A stretch of 64,000 nt of DNA from Glaucostegus cemiculus (taxonomy: Eukaryota), in contig CDPCPM010000012.1 in NCBI GenBank assembly GCA_976551045.1, positions 6,882,001-6,946,000 on the forward strand. Direction: 5' to 3'. Under the pieces are notes generated by a model, which worked only from the letters and a program-made list of their open reading frames with translations, was not told where the DNA came from and did not search any database. A program made the position numbers and the translations under genes. Numbering within the stretch: the stretch's first letter is position 1; each line of letters starts with the position of its first letter. Below are positions 40,730 to 53,665 of the stretch, piece by piece.

Positions 40730-43700
40730 GTCAGCCCATTAAGCCTATTCTACCAATCAGTAAGAAAACAGTCATTCCCCCTTCTCAGAATCCTATACCA
40801 TTCAGTCAGATATCCTGTTGTTATTCTGCAATGCAAAATGTCTAGGTCCACACTACTCGATCTCTTCTAAAAGACACTCTGCCATGCCAGGAATTAATCA
40901 ACTTGACCAGGAGGTCCAATACCAATTAATCTGGTGAATCTTGTTCACTCTAAGGCAAGTGTCTCTTCCCTTGGGTATATAGACCGAAACTCCAAATGTG
41001 GTCACATCAAAACCCTGCATAAATACAGCAACATTTCCCTACTTTTCTGTGCCAACCACAACGCAATAAAGAGCAACGTATCACTTGCTGCCTCTATATG
41101 CTCAAAGTACCTTTACTTCAACTTACTGGATTTCCTTCAGGAAGACACCAAATTCCTCTCTTTACAAACATTTACTAGATTCTCACAGTTCAAAAAATAT
41201 TCTGTTTTGCTATTATTTGTATGAAAGTGAGAAACCTTACATTTTCTTGCATTTTACCTCATGTCCCATCTTCTTCCTCATTCACTTATCCTGTCTATAT
41301 GTCCCTTTGCACACTGTTCTTCACAGATTACATTCCCATCCACTTTTGCATCATCAGCAAACTTGCACATATTATTTTACCTTCATCTAAATAAAGATGT
41401 AAACAACTGAAACCCCACATTGATCTTTGTGGCAACCCACTGGTAACAGTCTATCAATTCCCAGACTTTTTTTTGTCCTTTAGCTAACTCTCCATTTACC
41501 AATACTCAATCATAAAATTAGTCATTTTAGTTAAAAAGAACTTGTGTGTTATGACATCAATTGTCTTTTAAAAATCCAAGCATTAGATATCCATCAATTA
41601 TCCCTTATCTGCTCTGCATATAATCTTCATTAGTATAGACACAATCAAGATTAAACAGTTTCCTATTTATGCAGTAGGTTAGCTCTTCTCCAGAAGAAAC
41701 TTGCTGGAGATGAGGTACACCAGAACAGCAAAAAAGAGTGAAAGTACATGCTGGACTGAAGACATTGTCCTGCTTAGCACCAATCTGCAATGAGATTGGA
41801 TCTGCTGTGGACCAATGGTTAAGATCACAGCTCACGTGCCATCACATATCAAGCATAGAATTAAAATGAATTTTTGTGGGCAAACAAATGTGGAAAGTTG
41901 TTCCACAGTCCCTCTTGACTGAAGGGGTGCAAGACTTTTGTGAAATCAAAAAGGTCATGTATCTCTGCATTTCTCTGACACCTTCAATATAGAACCAAGG
42001 TCACCCCAGCTTCAGTCATTTAGCTGCAGTATGTGGACAACGCCAGTAGGTGGCTGAGTTCCAAGTCATTGTCAACTCTTTAACTGAAACATGCTAAAGA
42101 ATGGATCTTACATTTAATGTGTGCAAACCAAAAGGTCCCCTACCAACTTGCCTTTGGTATACAACAAACCTTCTTACAACAAAGCTACACAATGAACTTC
42201 TAGAAAATTTGGATCACTGCCATATCTTGAGAGCAACTTCTCAATGAAGGCAAATATTATTGACAAAATTGATCATTGTGTCAGCACTGTCTCTTGCCAT
42301 CTGGCAGAGTGTTTGAAAATCAGGACTTCAAAGCCAACAGTGATCCTTGCCCTCCCGTATGCCTCCAAGTCATGGTTAACCACAGCAGGCACCTCAGAAG
42401 AAGTGGAGGGTTACCACCAACATTATCTCTGGAAAATCCTCCAAATCCACGGGCAGGATAAATAAACAAGTATCAGGGCTGTTTCCCAAAACATTATCCC
42501 CAGCATTGAGGCGTTAATTACACTGAGTGGCCAGGCAACATTTTTCTCAAGCCCAACATCAGAATTCATAGTTCTACCATGGTAAGTGATTACCAGATGG
42601 AAAGAGGAAACAATGTATAACATCTTCATTGTCTCATAGGAATTCTTGGTGCAAGACCACTCAAGATGAAAAAAAGTATTTGAGGTGGTCTTGCAAACCT
42701 CATTCTTTCATCAGGATCGCACCACCTGCCAAACCACCCAGCTGTCTGCCCTGTCAAGCACTTCCTATTCTTCTTGTCTAAGAATCTGCAGGTCCCACAT
42801 TGGCCTCATCAGTCAAATCAGAACCCAATCCCAGTGTAGAAGCAAGTCATCCTCAATCCCCAGGGACAGCCAAAGAGAGAAAGAGGGAGAGGGAATTATC
42901 CTCACAAACAACTAAATGATTTATCAAATATGATTTCCCTTTCATTAGGCCATGGCCACTCTGCCTAACCATATTATGATTTTCTAAGTGCTCAGTTATG
43001 ATTTCCTTAATTAATGGATCCCATCATTTTCTTGACAAACAACGTCTGTAGTTCCCTCCTTTCTTGAACAGTGATGTTTCATTTGCCATTTTCCAATCTA
43101 CTGGGACAGATTTTAGGGAATTTCATTTGACCACCACCATGCATCCATCATCTCTGCAACTATTCCATTCAAAACCTTAGGATAAAAGCCATTAGGTTTC
43201 AGAGATATATCCATTTTTAGTCTCATTATTTTCTCTAATATTTTCTTTTTACTAACTATAATCATTTTAGCTCCTTGCCTTCATTATATTATTTGTTTCA
43301 TAAGACCTATACAAAATATTTATGTAAAATTTAAACTACTTTCTTATTCCCAGTTATAATTTCTCTTGCTTTAACTCCACAGGGTCCCACATATACCTTT
43401 ATTACTCTCTTTTTGCATACTTACAGAAACTATCACTTGCCAGCTTGTTTCTGTATTCTACTTTCTCCCCCTTTATTAAAATATTCCAGTTCACATACTG
43501 ACTTCAAAACTTCCCCAATCTTCACAATGAACAAGCAACATTATAATTTCTTCCTTTAATCTATCACTTTTGCCATTCTCTTTAACTACAGATAGATAAT
43601 TTTCCCCATATGTTCTTCTATTTCTCAAAGTAATGTCTATTTGTTAAGAATTATGAAGCATTTCTTTAAATGTTTACCTCACATCATATCTTTTAATCTA

Positions 43701-43900
43701 AGTTCCCACAGCTCAATCCAATGTAATTGGCTTTATTTAAAGTTAAGACTTCAGTTTTGGACTCTCAGACTCATTGTAACAATTGATCACATCATTCTTC
43801 CCACCAAATTAGTGATTACCCATGTCTCATTGTACCAGTTGACAAGCATTCAAATAAACTGTTCCCTTGAATTTCCATGACTTACTGTTCAAGGAAAAAC
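40730..43900 (-). mobile_element. Old, highly diverged CR1 (about 2 kb), interrupted by the RTE
   Basis: CR1 remnants catcagcaaactt, gatctttgtggcaacccactggt, aaaatccaag and tcaaatatgatttccctttc are collinear across the RTE. The right boundary is approximate. Confidence 0.6.
41630..42893. mobile_element. RTE-clade LINE with inverted 5' segment (41630-41975 minus; 41980-42893 plus)
   Basis: Minus: DPISLQIGAKQDNVFSP..GEELTYCINRKLFNL. Plus continues LQYRTKVTPASVI*LQYVDNA...VILALPYASKSW...YHQHYLWKILQIHGQDK. RTE 3' end gaagcaagtcatcctcaatccccagggac followed by an AG-rich tail. Confidence 0.8.
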
Positions 43901-45499
43901 TTTCAAATTCATTCTTTTAACTCTTCGCCTAACTACTTTGAAGTATGTAACAGTGAGCATGTATATAACAACAGCTGGGAGGAGGCTTGGCATTTGGTGA
44001 ATTTCCAAGTTTCTGATTCATAGCAACATTTTTGATAGCATGGGGGTGAGATATTGCATTTGAATAAGTGGATGATTTTAAGTTTATAATAGTGTTCCAT
44101 AGCTATATCACAATGGAAGATGTGTGTTTGAGATTATGTGAGAGGAAAAGTAAAGATGTCTATGAGCAATGAGGATGGAGTTTTTGGATCTACAAACACA
44201 CTTGATTTTTTTTTCAAACTAACAGGTTGTCAGTGGTGTTGCTCGTGATAAGTCAGAGGTTAACACATTAGGGGATTGCCAGCACAGTGTGACAGGGAAA
44301 GTTTCACAGGAAATAAAAGTGGCGTTTACAGGATGTTCATGTTATATGCAAGACTTCTAATGGATGATGGATTATAAACTAACAGTGTTGAAAATATAGT
44401 TAACATTTTGTTTTAAGAGCAAATATTCCAATTCTAGAATTAGAAAATTTACTCTTTAGTGATCACTCATCCAGTAGCAAATGTCTCAAAACACGATGCC
44501 AATCAAGTTAATCATGCAGGTTATTACACCATTTAATGGTATGTGTCAAAATCAAGCGTTTATTTTATAGCAGGACCATAGATCTTAACAAAGCATTGCT
44601 AGCGGTAGTTTTATCTTCTGCTATTCCTATTAGGAATATCACTTTCAAATGCATTCCCAATTTGGTTTCCTTAACTAGATCCGAAAACTTTAATATCAGC
44701 AGGTAATTTTCAACCAACAATGCTCTTTTAAAATTATACAGCAACCATCCTATTTCTAGAGTTTTAGTAAGATAGCTACTTCACATTGTTCGATTTGTTT
44801 TTTTGGACAATATTAAAGTTTTGACTTCTGGTATAACCAATTCTTTTCAGATGAAAACAATTACGCTTCTTTTTCAACAAACATTTGTGAAAAGGTTATG
44901 TTTTATATTAACCACATGTTCATAACCTTATTCTGTCAGGTTACTTGAAATGTTGCCACTATTGAAAAAATAATGGTCTGGTTAAATTTTGTTTTGTATT
45001 TTGATGACTGGTTTCAGTTACAGATCAGTCACGTAATGGCACACCAAGTACATTTTTCACACTGCTTGTTCAAAACACAGAAATGACATTAATTTAACTT
45101 GCAATGGAAAACAGAGTACAATTAAGAACATCATGATTGAACTGAACTCCCTCACAGCTACAATAATGTAGATCCAAGTTATACAGACAAGGGATATCCC
45201 AAATTTTAAGTTCTAAGCTAGAACAACACCTGAAACACAAGACTTTTCTTCCCTCCCCCATCCTAACAAGAGGGAAATGAGCCATGCTTCTAGCATCTTA
45301 AGCTATCTGACACTCCTTGCTAAAAATGCACCAGCGTTAATGCCAGATGAATTTCAGTTATGATTCCTTCAACAAATTTCCTTTGACCATTCTTTGTTGG
45401 GTTTCACATGAAAATGGAAGTAATGGCTTCAAACTGCCAGTGAGGAACGTTTGAGGTATGTTTATTTTTTGGGAAACCCTGATGTCATCTGCACACAGC

Positions 45500-45810
45500 A
45501 AGCTTCCACGAACAGCAATAATAAAAATAAACAGCTAATATATCTTGAAAAAACTGATTCAGGGATAAATATTAACCAGAACACTGGAAATAATTATCCT
45601 GTTCTTCAGCACAGGTTTAATCACCAGGGAGCAGATGGGGCTTTGGCTTAACACTCATCTTAAAAACGGCAGCTTTGAGGATGCAGCACTTTCTCCCTAC
45701 TGCATTGAAGCATCACCCTGGAGCTATTTGCTCAGATAGGTTGAGCAGGACTAGAACCCACAGCTTACTGACTCACAGACTAGAGAGTTACCGTCTGAGT
45801 CACAGCCCAC
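45500..45810 (-). mobile_element. SacSINE1/Deu-domain SINE
   Basis: gggataaatattaaccagaacact...tgcagcactttctccctactgca...gaacccacagcttactgactcacag. Confidence 0.7.
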
Positions 45811-47379
45811 TATACCTGTGCAAGAACCATTGCCTATATTATTGAAAAAAAGATGGCACTAAGAAATGGGGAAATACAAAACTTCTGATAAAATTATTTG
45901 CACTCTACAGACAATTCCATTCCTATTTACAGAAACACAAGTAATTACACTGTTGTCTTTGGCACATGGTAAAATTATAATAGAAAAGCTTCTATTTAAC
46001 AAAACAATTTCTCTGATTTATTTCCCATTGAGCTATGGCTTGTGATAAGTTTAAAAAAAAATAATTGATAGAAATGCAGAATCCCTATTTGCAGATACAA
46101 TGAAGGAGGTGGATAATTTTATAACAGGTAGAATGAAAAGGTAGTATACTATTATCCCAGAGCACTGTGAGAAGTTGTACAATATGGTCAGTACCAATGA
46201 TTGCCAACGCATGGAATCTCTTGCACTAATCAGGCTATTAGGATGGAAATACTGAATCAACAGCTTCATTTTCAGAGTCAAGGGAACCTGGGAGTTACCT
46301 CCTGGAAGATACTGTCAGAAATAGCAAGAGGAAGCAAAACAAAATGACCAAGGTTTTTCTTTCAAGTCCAAGTGCCAAGTAGTTAATAGGCCATCTGAAT
46401 ATGTTAAATATGAAAAGACAAAAGAAAATGTCTTTGTTTTGTCACAACCTCAGGATGCCTCAAAGCCAATGAAGTACCTCTGAACTGCCATCAATTTTGT
46501 ATTATTGGAAATATTAATGGACTGATTGCTGAAATCACCACAGCAGCTACAATTTTCTCTTCTCTGCCTTAGAAATAATGAAACAATTACTATTATTGCA
46601 TAATTTATTATACTGGATGATTGAAAGTGCTCTAAATGTCCTCAGAATGTTCTAAAGAATACTAGTCACTAATACACAAAGGCAAAACATAATAACTAAC
46701 CTGCCCCGAGCAGCTAATGCAAACAGAAAAGGGTTGAGGTTTTTGTTGAGAGCCAAGTCACTAGAAGAGCTTCTCATTCCTCTTGAGAAGGACACCATAG
46801 AATATTTTCTAATTACACAAAATAGAAGGGACCTTGATTTAACATTTCACTGGAAGGATTGCTGTCTGGGAATGAAGTTTGACCCCTTCCTTTCTTAGCT
46901 GGGAATTTCCTCACAGGTTCACCTGATTGGCCACTGAAACTCAATGGAACATTATTCACATATGTTACTGGAATTCAAGACAATTTGCTATCAAAATGAC
47001 AGGAATCAAAGAACATAATATCAAATAAGACCAAAGAATACAATCCAAAATGCACCAATTCATGTTGGAGCCAATTCTTCTTGCACCTCAGATTCGTGGT
47101 CATTCTTCATTCACAAGCTTAGATACTGTAAGGAAACATTTCAATGGCAAGGATGGAGGGGAAGTCATAGTCAAACAAAATTCCACTCTCATCTAAAATC
47201 TACTTGGAAACATTTCACTTCAGACACCATTGGATAACAATTAGGTGGAAAAGGTTTTGCAGGTATTGGAGCAGGAGGTCACCTACTCACAGGTTAACAC
47301 CCAGCCAATGATCAGAGTAACAACTATGACATGTGTGTAGCTGATGCTTTTGCAAATCTCATCTATAAATCTACCACCA

Positions 47380-47600
47380 ATTAACCCCACACCAGGGGAT
47401 GTTGAGTATGAAGATCTGATGATGGTAATGCCACTTAAAATCACAATGAGATGATTATTTCTTTCTTGGCATTGATTGGTCGCCAAATGGTGTGAACATT
47501 ATGTCCACTTAATAGCCAAGTCTGAAAGCTGTCCAGATCTTGATGCCCAGGATTGTCTCATTACCTGAGAAACTGAACAGATTTTCATTATCACAGCTGG
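47380..47600 (-). mobile_element. Old CR1/L2-group LINE fragment (family of 32770-33255)
   Basis: ccccacaccaggggatgttga...tgatggtaatgccacttaaaatc is the reverse complement of the 32940-33010 region. Confidence 0.5.
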
Positions 47601-47794
47601 TATGTTGTCAGGTCTTGCAGTCTTTGTGTTCAATGAACTCAGCTATTTGATGTCACATGGAGTGAATGGTCACATGGAGAGTTGGTTTAGGACTATGAAT
47701 TATGATGGTGGGAATCTTAGGTGGCTACAAAGAAGGATCTTATTCTTGACCATTCTGGCTCAATGTGGTTCAAATGCTTTAGCATTGCTGTTTG

Positions 47795-47985
47795 CAATCA
47801 CTGAAACAGATTGGTTTTTATGACATCTAATAGCTTTGTGTTCACTTTTATTGATATTAGTGTTATATTTCTAGACCTATTAAAAATTGTTGAATTTAAA
47901 ATTCTCAAAATGCCATGGTGTACACTCAATTCCTATCCTCTGGATTATTAGTTCAATAGCCAAGTAACTGCACCACAGCATTCTA
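47795..47985 (-). mobile_element. tRNA-derived SINE (LF-SINE-like shark family)
   Basis: aacagattggtttttatgaca...tgaatttaaaattc...tgccatggtg...ctctggattattagt. Confidence 0.6.
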
Positions 47986-48110
47986 TCAAATGCAAATTGT
48001 GTTGTTACCAAATTCAGCTTAAATATTGTAGAAAACTAAAAAGATGTGAAGGGAACACTGAAGGCTGATATAACATGCCACATGACTGGAGGTTTAGAGT
48101 AGCTTTGTGG

Positions 48111-48405
48111 AAGATAAGATCTTTATTAGTCACATGTACATCAAAACACACAGTGAAATACATATTTTGCGTAGTGATTTTGGGGGGCAGCCTGCAAGTG
48201 TCACCACGCTTCCAGCACCAACATAGCATGCCCATAACTTCCTAGCCTGTACGTCTTTGGAATGTGGCAGGAAACCGGAGCACCCAGAGGAAACCCACAC
48301 AGACACAGGGAGAACGTAGAAACTCCTTACAGGCAGTGGCTGGATTTGAACCCAGGTCTCTGGCGCTGTAAAGCATTGTGCTAACCACTTTGTTACCATG
48401 CCATC
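48111..48405 (-). mobile_element. Full-length V-SINE with Rex-type tail
   Basis: tRNA head (ggcatggtaacaaagtggttagcac...cctgggttcaaatcc), V core and tail tttcactgtgtgttttgatgtacatgtgactaataaagatcttatctt. Confidence 0.9.
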
Positions 48406-49117
48406 CGGGTAAAAAGTCTAGGGCATTAAAAGTCCTAAAACGACCTAAAAGTCCAGGACATTAAGCTCCATTCACTCAAAAGGGTAGAATGGGGAAAGAA
48501 AATAAAGGCTCCTTATGTAGAAGGTATGCCAAAGAGCAAATAATCCAACACAATTGATCTTTGCTGGTATTTATAATCTACATAATGTTCCTCCCCACTC
48601 TGCTTATAATGACATCAAAATATCAGCAGATTTAATTCATCCATTTTATATTTTAAACTTCTTATAAGATTAAGACCAAATTGAGACATAATAGTGCAGT
48701 ACCTTGATTGTATTACCAAATAGCTTATCTGTGTAAGAACTTATTTTCTTACAATATTTTCAGACACACTTATTGTTGCACAAATTATTTTAGCAGGTTC
48801 CAAGTACCAGAGCACTGCAAATGGCAAATTTTGGCAATCTGATAAATCTCAAAAGCAAACACGTTAAGTAGATTGTACATTTGATAAAGTCTTGGGTGCC
48901 AATTTCAACCTAATGCACCCAAAGAAAGGTGTGTTCAGTTTGGACTTCTGATTTACACCCTGCTAAATACTAGGTACCACTGACCTCAATATAACCATAA
49001 ATCAGATATCTGAAACAAACAAAATATAGCTCTACAACTCCTTGGGTTCTGCTCCTGTGCCACTGCAATGTGACCACCTTCTTGATTGCTATTTCTTTAG
49101 CATCACCTTTATTTTAT

Positions 49118-50460
49118 CATAGAACCATAGAAAAATTCAGCACAAAACAGGCCCTTCGGCCCACCATGTTGTGCCGTCCATCAAACCTCACACGATCTAA
49201 CTCTTTCCCCCCACATATCCCTCTATCCCACATTCCTCCATATGCCTATCTAACAATCTCTTGAACCTGTCCAACATATCTGCTTCCACCACAATGCCAG
49301 GCAGCGCATTCCATGTACCAACCACTCTCTGGGTGAAAAACCTCCCTCTGACATCTCCCCTGAACCTTCCACACAAAATCTTAAAGCCATGCCCTCTCGT
49401 CTTGAGCATCTGTGCTCTGGGAAAGAGGCGCTGGCTGTCAACTCTATCTATTCCTCTCAATATTTTATACACCTCTATCAAGTCTCCTCTCATCCTCCTC
49501 CTCTCCAACAAATAAAACCCTAGCACCTTAAGCCTCTCCACATATTCCATACCTCTAATCCAGGCAGCATCCTGGTAAATCGCCTCTGTACCCTCTCCAA
49601 CGCCTCCACATCCTTCCTATAATGCTGCGACCAGAACTGAACACAGTACTCTAAGTGCAGTCTAACTAGAGTTTTGTAAAGCATCATCATCACCTCGTGG
49701 CTCTTAAACTCAATCCCACGATTTACAAAGGCTAACATCCCATAAGCCTTCTTAACTGCCCTATCCACCTATGAGGGAACTTTGAGTGAACTGTGGATAT
49801 GAACCCCCAGATCCCTCTGCTCCTCTACACTGCCAAGTCCTTGTACTCTGCCCTGGAGTATGTCCTACCAAAGTGCACCACCTCACACTTCTCCAGATTA
49901 AACTCCATCTGCCAGCTGTCCGCCCAGCTCTGCATCCTATCAATATTCTTCTGTAAGCTCCGACAGTCCTCCACACTATCCACCACACCGCCGATCTTGG
50001 TGTCATCTGCAAATTTACTAACCCATCCTTCCATCCCTTCATCTAAGTCTCAGAACCGATCCCTGCGGGACACCACTAATCACAGCCCTCCAATCCGAGG
50101 GCACTCGCTCCACCACAACCCTCTGCTTTCTACAGGCAAGCCAATTCCTGATCCACACAGCCAATCTCCCCTGAATCCCTTGACCTCTGACCTTCTGAAG
50201 AAGCCTACCATGAGGATCCTTACTAAAATCCATGTAGACCACATCCACCGCACTGCCCTCATCAATCTTCCTCGTGACCTCCTTAAAGAATTCTATAAGG
50301 CTCGTGAGACAAGATCTTCCCTTCACAAAGCCATGCTGACTGTCCCTAATCAGTCTGTGACTCTCCAGGTGTTCATAGATCCTGTCCCTTAGAATCCTTT
50401 CCAACAGCTTACCCACCACAGAAGTGAGAGTCACTGGTCTGTAATTCCCTGGACTATCCC
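49118..50460 (-). mobile_element. Young 5'-truncated CR1 LINE
   Basis: LTSVVGKLLERILRDRIY...SQHGFVKGRSCLTSLIEFF...KFADDTKIGG...LEYCVQFWS...[16 protein letters not shown], with a (TTCTATGG)n tail. Confidence 0.95.
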
Positions 50461-50499
50461 TATTTCCCTGGACTATCCCTTCATCTATTTCCCCGGACT

Positions 50500-50950
50500 A
50501 TTTCCATCATCTTTAAGGCACAAGTCTGGAAGGAGTACTCCCCATTTGTCAGAATGAATGAAGCTCCAATGGCATCACTCAGGACAGAGCAACCCACTTG
50601 TTTGGCACTCCAATGATAAACATTTATTTCCTTGCCACCAGGGTACTATAGTTATAGTACGAACTGTCTACAAGATGCACCCGAGCCACTTCCTTGGACA
50701 ACGGTCCCCAAAACCTGGCGAGTGGGAAGTGAATATATCATCACACTTAGATTCAATTCCAAGTTAGACATCATACTGCTTTGGAAATATAACACAGTTC
50801 ATTTTGTATGGCATGGTTAAAATCTTGGAACTCTCTACCTAACAGCATTGTGGATGTAACTTTACCACAAACTCCACAGCAATTCAGTTAAGCAGCTCAT
50901 CACCACATTCCCATGGATAATTAGGTGTGGGCAATAAAAAGCTGACCTTG
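50500..50950 (+). mobile_element. Old CR1/L2-group LINE 3' part (host of the young CR1)
   Basis: catctttaaggcacaagtc continues the family seen at 33120, and its upstream part lies at ~49065-49110. Confidence 0.6.
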
Positions 50951-51751
50951 TGGGAGCATGGACTTAGCATAAGAGGCCAGCTATTTAGGACTAAGATGAG
51001 GAGAAACTTGAAGTGAACCCACCCACCAGGCAACCTCTTATGGGACTGGATAGACAAAGGTACAGTGATCTGCTGAACTCAGATCTCTCTTACCAACATT
51101 TCACCCTCCAGACCTGGAGCTGAGCCAGCTGACTGACTCCAAATCCTTGGTTATTTGTCCCTGCTTCTGTCTTCACACTTCTCTGAATCAGCTTTCTGTA
51201 CAATCTGAGCAGGCCTCTGCTCGCAATGCAGAGGGATGTGATAATTGGTAGTGGGTAAATGTCTCTGATCATACAGAATAGAAACCAGTTCCCATGTGCC
51301 ATTTCTCTCTTCCTATTGGAGAATGCTGCCTATGGCTGTCAAGGTCTCCATGACATTGAACTTTTGTGCATTTGGTTTGTAAGTGCTGTTGATGAGATCA
51401 CTAAAACTTATTTCAAAAGATCTGACTACATTTTATTCTCTTGCTTGAGACCAGCAAGAGGGGATACAGCCTTACAGGAAACACAAGACTTTTCTAGGAT
51501 TCTGATGGTGCAAGCAGCTGTTGATTGTATGCATATAAGTTTGTTAACTGTTTTTTAATGGCTTCTTCAATGTAGCTGGCACAGCAGACTGTGACAGAAT
51601 GAAGGAATTACAGCATCTGGATTTGGGGCATGTTTGAGGCACAACTGAAGTGTGAAAAGGGGGATTGGATATTTTAGAACCAATATTTTCAGTCTTCTGC
51701 TTGGAGGGTAGGATGTGGGGGAATCCCTCTTCTATCCCTGATAGTTTCTGG

Positions 51752-52907
51752 TGCGTTTGATAAGGTTCCTCGTGGTAGGCTTCTTCAGAAGGTCAGAGGT
51801 CGAGGCATCCAGGGGAGTTTGGCTGTGTGGATCAGGAATTGGCTTGCCTGTAGAAAGCAGAGGGTTGTGGTGGAGGGAGTGCCCTCGGATTGGAGGGCTG
51901 TGACTAGTGGTGTTCTGCAGGGATCGGTTCTGGGACATCTACTCTGTTATATTTATAGATGACTTAGATGAAGGGGTGGAAGGATGGGTTGGTAAGTTTG
52001 CTGACGACACCAAGATCGGTGGTGTGGTGGATAGTGTGGAGGACTGTCAGAGCTTACAGAGGGATATTGATAGGATGCAGAGCTGGGCGGACAGGTGGCA
52101 GATGGAGTTTAATCCGGAAAAGTGTAAGGTAGTGCACTTTGGTAGGACAAACTCCAGGGCAGAGTACGAGGTAAATGGCAAGGTACTTGGCAGTGTAGAG
52201 GAGCAGAGGGATCTGGGGGTTCATATCCACAGTTCACTCAAAGTTCCCTCGTAGGTGGATAGGGCAGTTAAGAAGGCTTATGGGATGTAAGCTTTAATAA
52301 ATCATGGGACTGAGTTCAAGAGCCGAGAGGTGATGATGCTGCTTTACAAAACTCTAGTTAGACTGCACTTAAGAGTATTGTGTTCAGTTCTGGTCGCCGC
52401 ATTATAGGAAGGATGTGGAGGTGTTAGAGAGGGTACAGAGGCGATTTACCAGGATGATACCTGGATTAGAGGGTATGGAATATGAGGAGAGGCTTAAGGT
52501 GCTAGGGCTGTACTCGTTGGAGTGGAGGATGATGAGAGGGGACTTGATAGAGGTGTATAAGATATTGAGAGGAATAGATAGAGTTGACAGCTAGCGCCTC
52601 TTTCCCAGAGCACAGATGCTCAAGATGAGAGGGCATGGCTTTAAGATATTGGGTGGAAAGTTCAGGGGAGACGTCAGGGGGAAGTTTTACACCCAGAGAG
52701 TGGTTGGTGCATGGAATGCACTACCTGGGGTTGTGGTGGAGGCAGATACATTGGACAGGTTCAAGAGATTGTTAGATAGACATATGGAGGAATGTGGAAT
52801 AGAGGGATATGTGGGAGGAAAGAGTTAGATCGTGTGATGTTTGAAGGACAGCACAACTTGGTGGGCCGAAGGGCCTGTTTTGTGCTGTATTGTTCTATGG
52901 TTCTATG
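51752..52907 (+). mobile_element. Young 5'-truncated CR1 LINE, same subfamily as 49118-50460
   Basis: AFDKVP.GRL...KFADDTKIGGVVDSVEDCQSLQRDIDRM..., with a (TTCTATGG)n tail at 52893-52907. Confidence 0.95.
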
Positions 52908-53456
52908 GAAATACTTTGTAGAGTACAAGGCAAGTCACTCAGCACACAACAACCTGTCCGACCTGTTCAAAACTGCAATGCATTACAGGGCTGACCCAGT
53001 TATGTTCCTGATCAACTTTGAGGCCAAGGATATTGATGGTGGGAATTTCAGTGTTAATACTGAGGTTCAATTTCAAGTGGCTATGAGTTCCTCTTGTTCA
53101 TTTTCTGGTACTTGCCGTAGAATGAATCTCACTTGAACAATATTCAAGCATGGGCAGATAAGTGGCAAGTCTTGCAGAAAAAATCAATTTTCAATTGCAT
53201 AATGCTGGAAAACAAAATGGCATTATGCAACTGAATTTCCAGACAGTTGTTGTTCTTACCATTAGGCTGGATCTCTAGATCACGTCTAGTCCCGTAACTC
53301 CTATGCTATTTACAAACTGTGCCACAAAATTGATGCAATGTTCTCACATGTGCACCTGAGCTATTGTTAGGTCTGCCAATGCCAAGAGCTATCTAATTGT
53401 TCGGTTAGTGTTGTAACAATTTCATTCTCACTTTGTTGTGCTCAATGCAATTAAAA

Positions 53457-53665
53457 ACTGCAGATGCTGGAAATCTGAATTCAAAACAGAAGATGCCAGA
53501 AATACAGTTATGGACTGTAGCAGGGAGAGAGGAGTGGAGTTAACATTTCAGATAGTTGAAAATTTGTTTTGTTAACCTGAAACGTTATGAAGCATTGACC
53601 ATGTTTCTCTCTCTGTGGATGCTGAATAATCTGTTGAGTACTTCCAGTGTTTTCTGTTCTTATTT
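53457..53665. repeat. Imperfect palindromic element (Penelope-terminus/MITE-like shark repeat)
   Basis: Arms aaacagaagatgccagaaatac / gtacttccagtgttttctgtt and gagagag..gttaacatttcag / ctgaaacgtta..tctctctc. Confidence 0.7.

Noticed and set aside
47190-47282. Pro-rich minus-strand frame PPAPIPAKPFPP after an AG
   Set aside because: The acceptor is poor (no pyrimidine tract), the frame is short, and it is not in FOXP1 phase.
49793-50392. Longest ORF in the window (199 aa, plus strand)
   Set aside because: It is the antisense shadow of the CR1 reverse transcriptase, not an independent gene.
50460-51750. Composite transposon or inversion bounded by the inverted CR1s
   Set aside because: The CR1s are 5'-truncated at different points, no shared outer TSD was seen, and the older LINE is collinear across the left copy.
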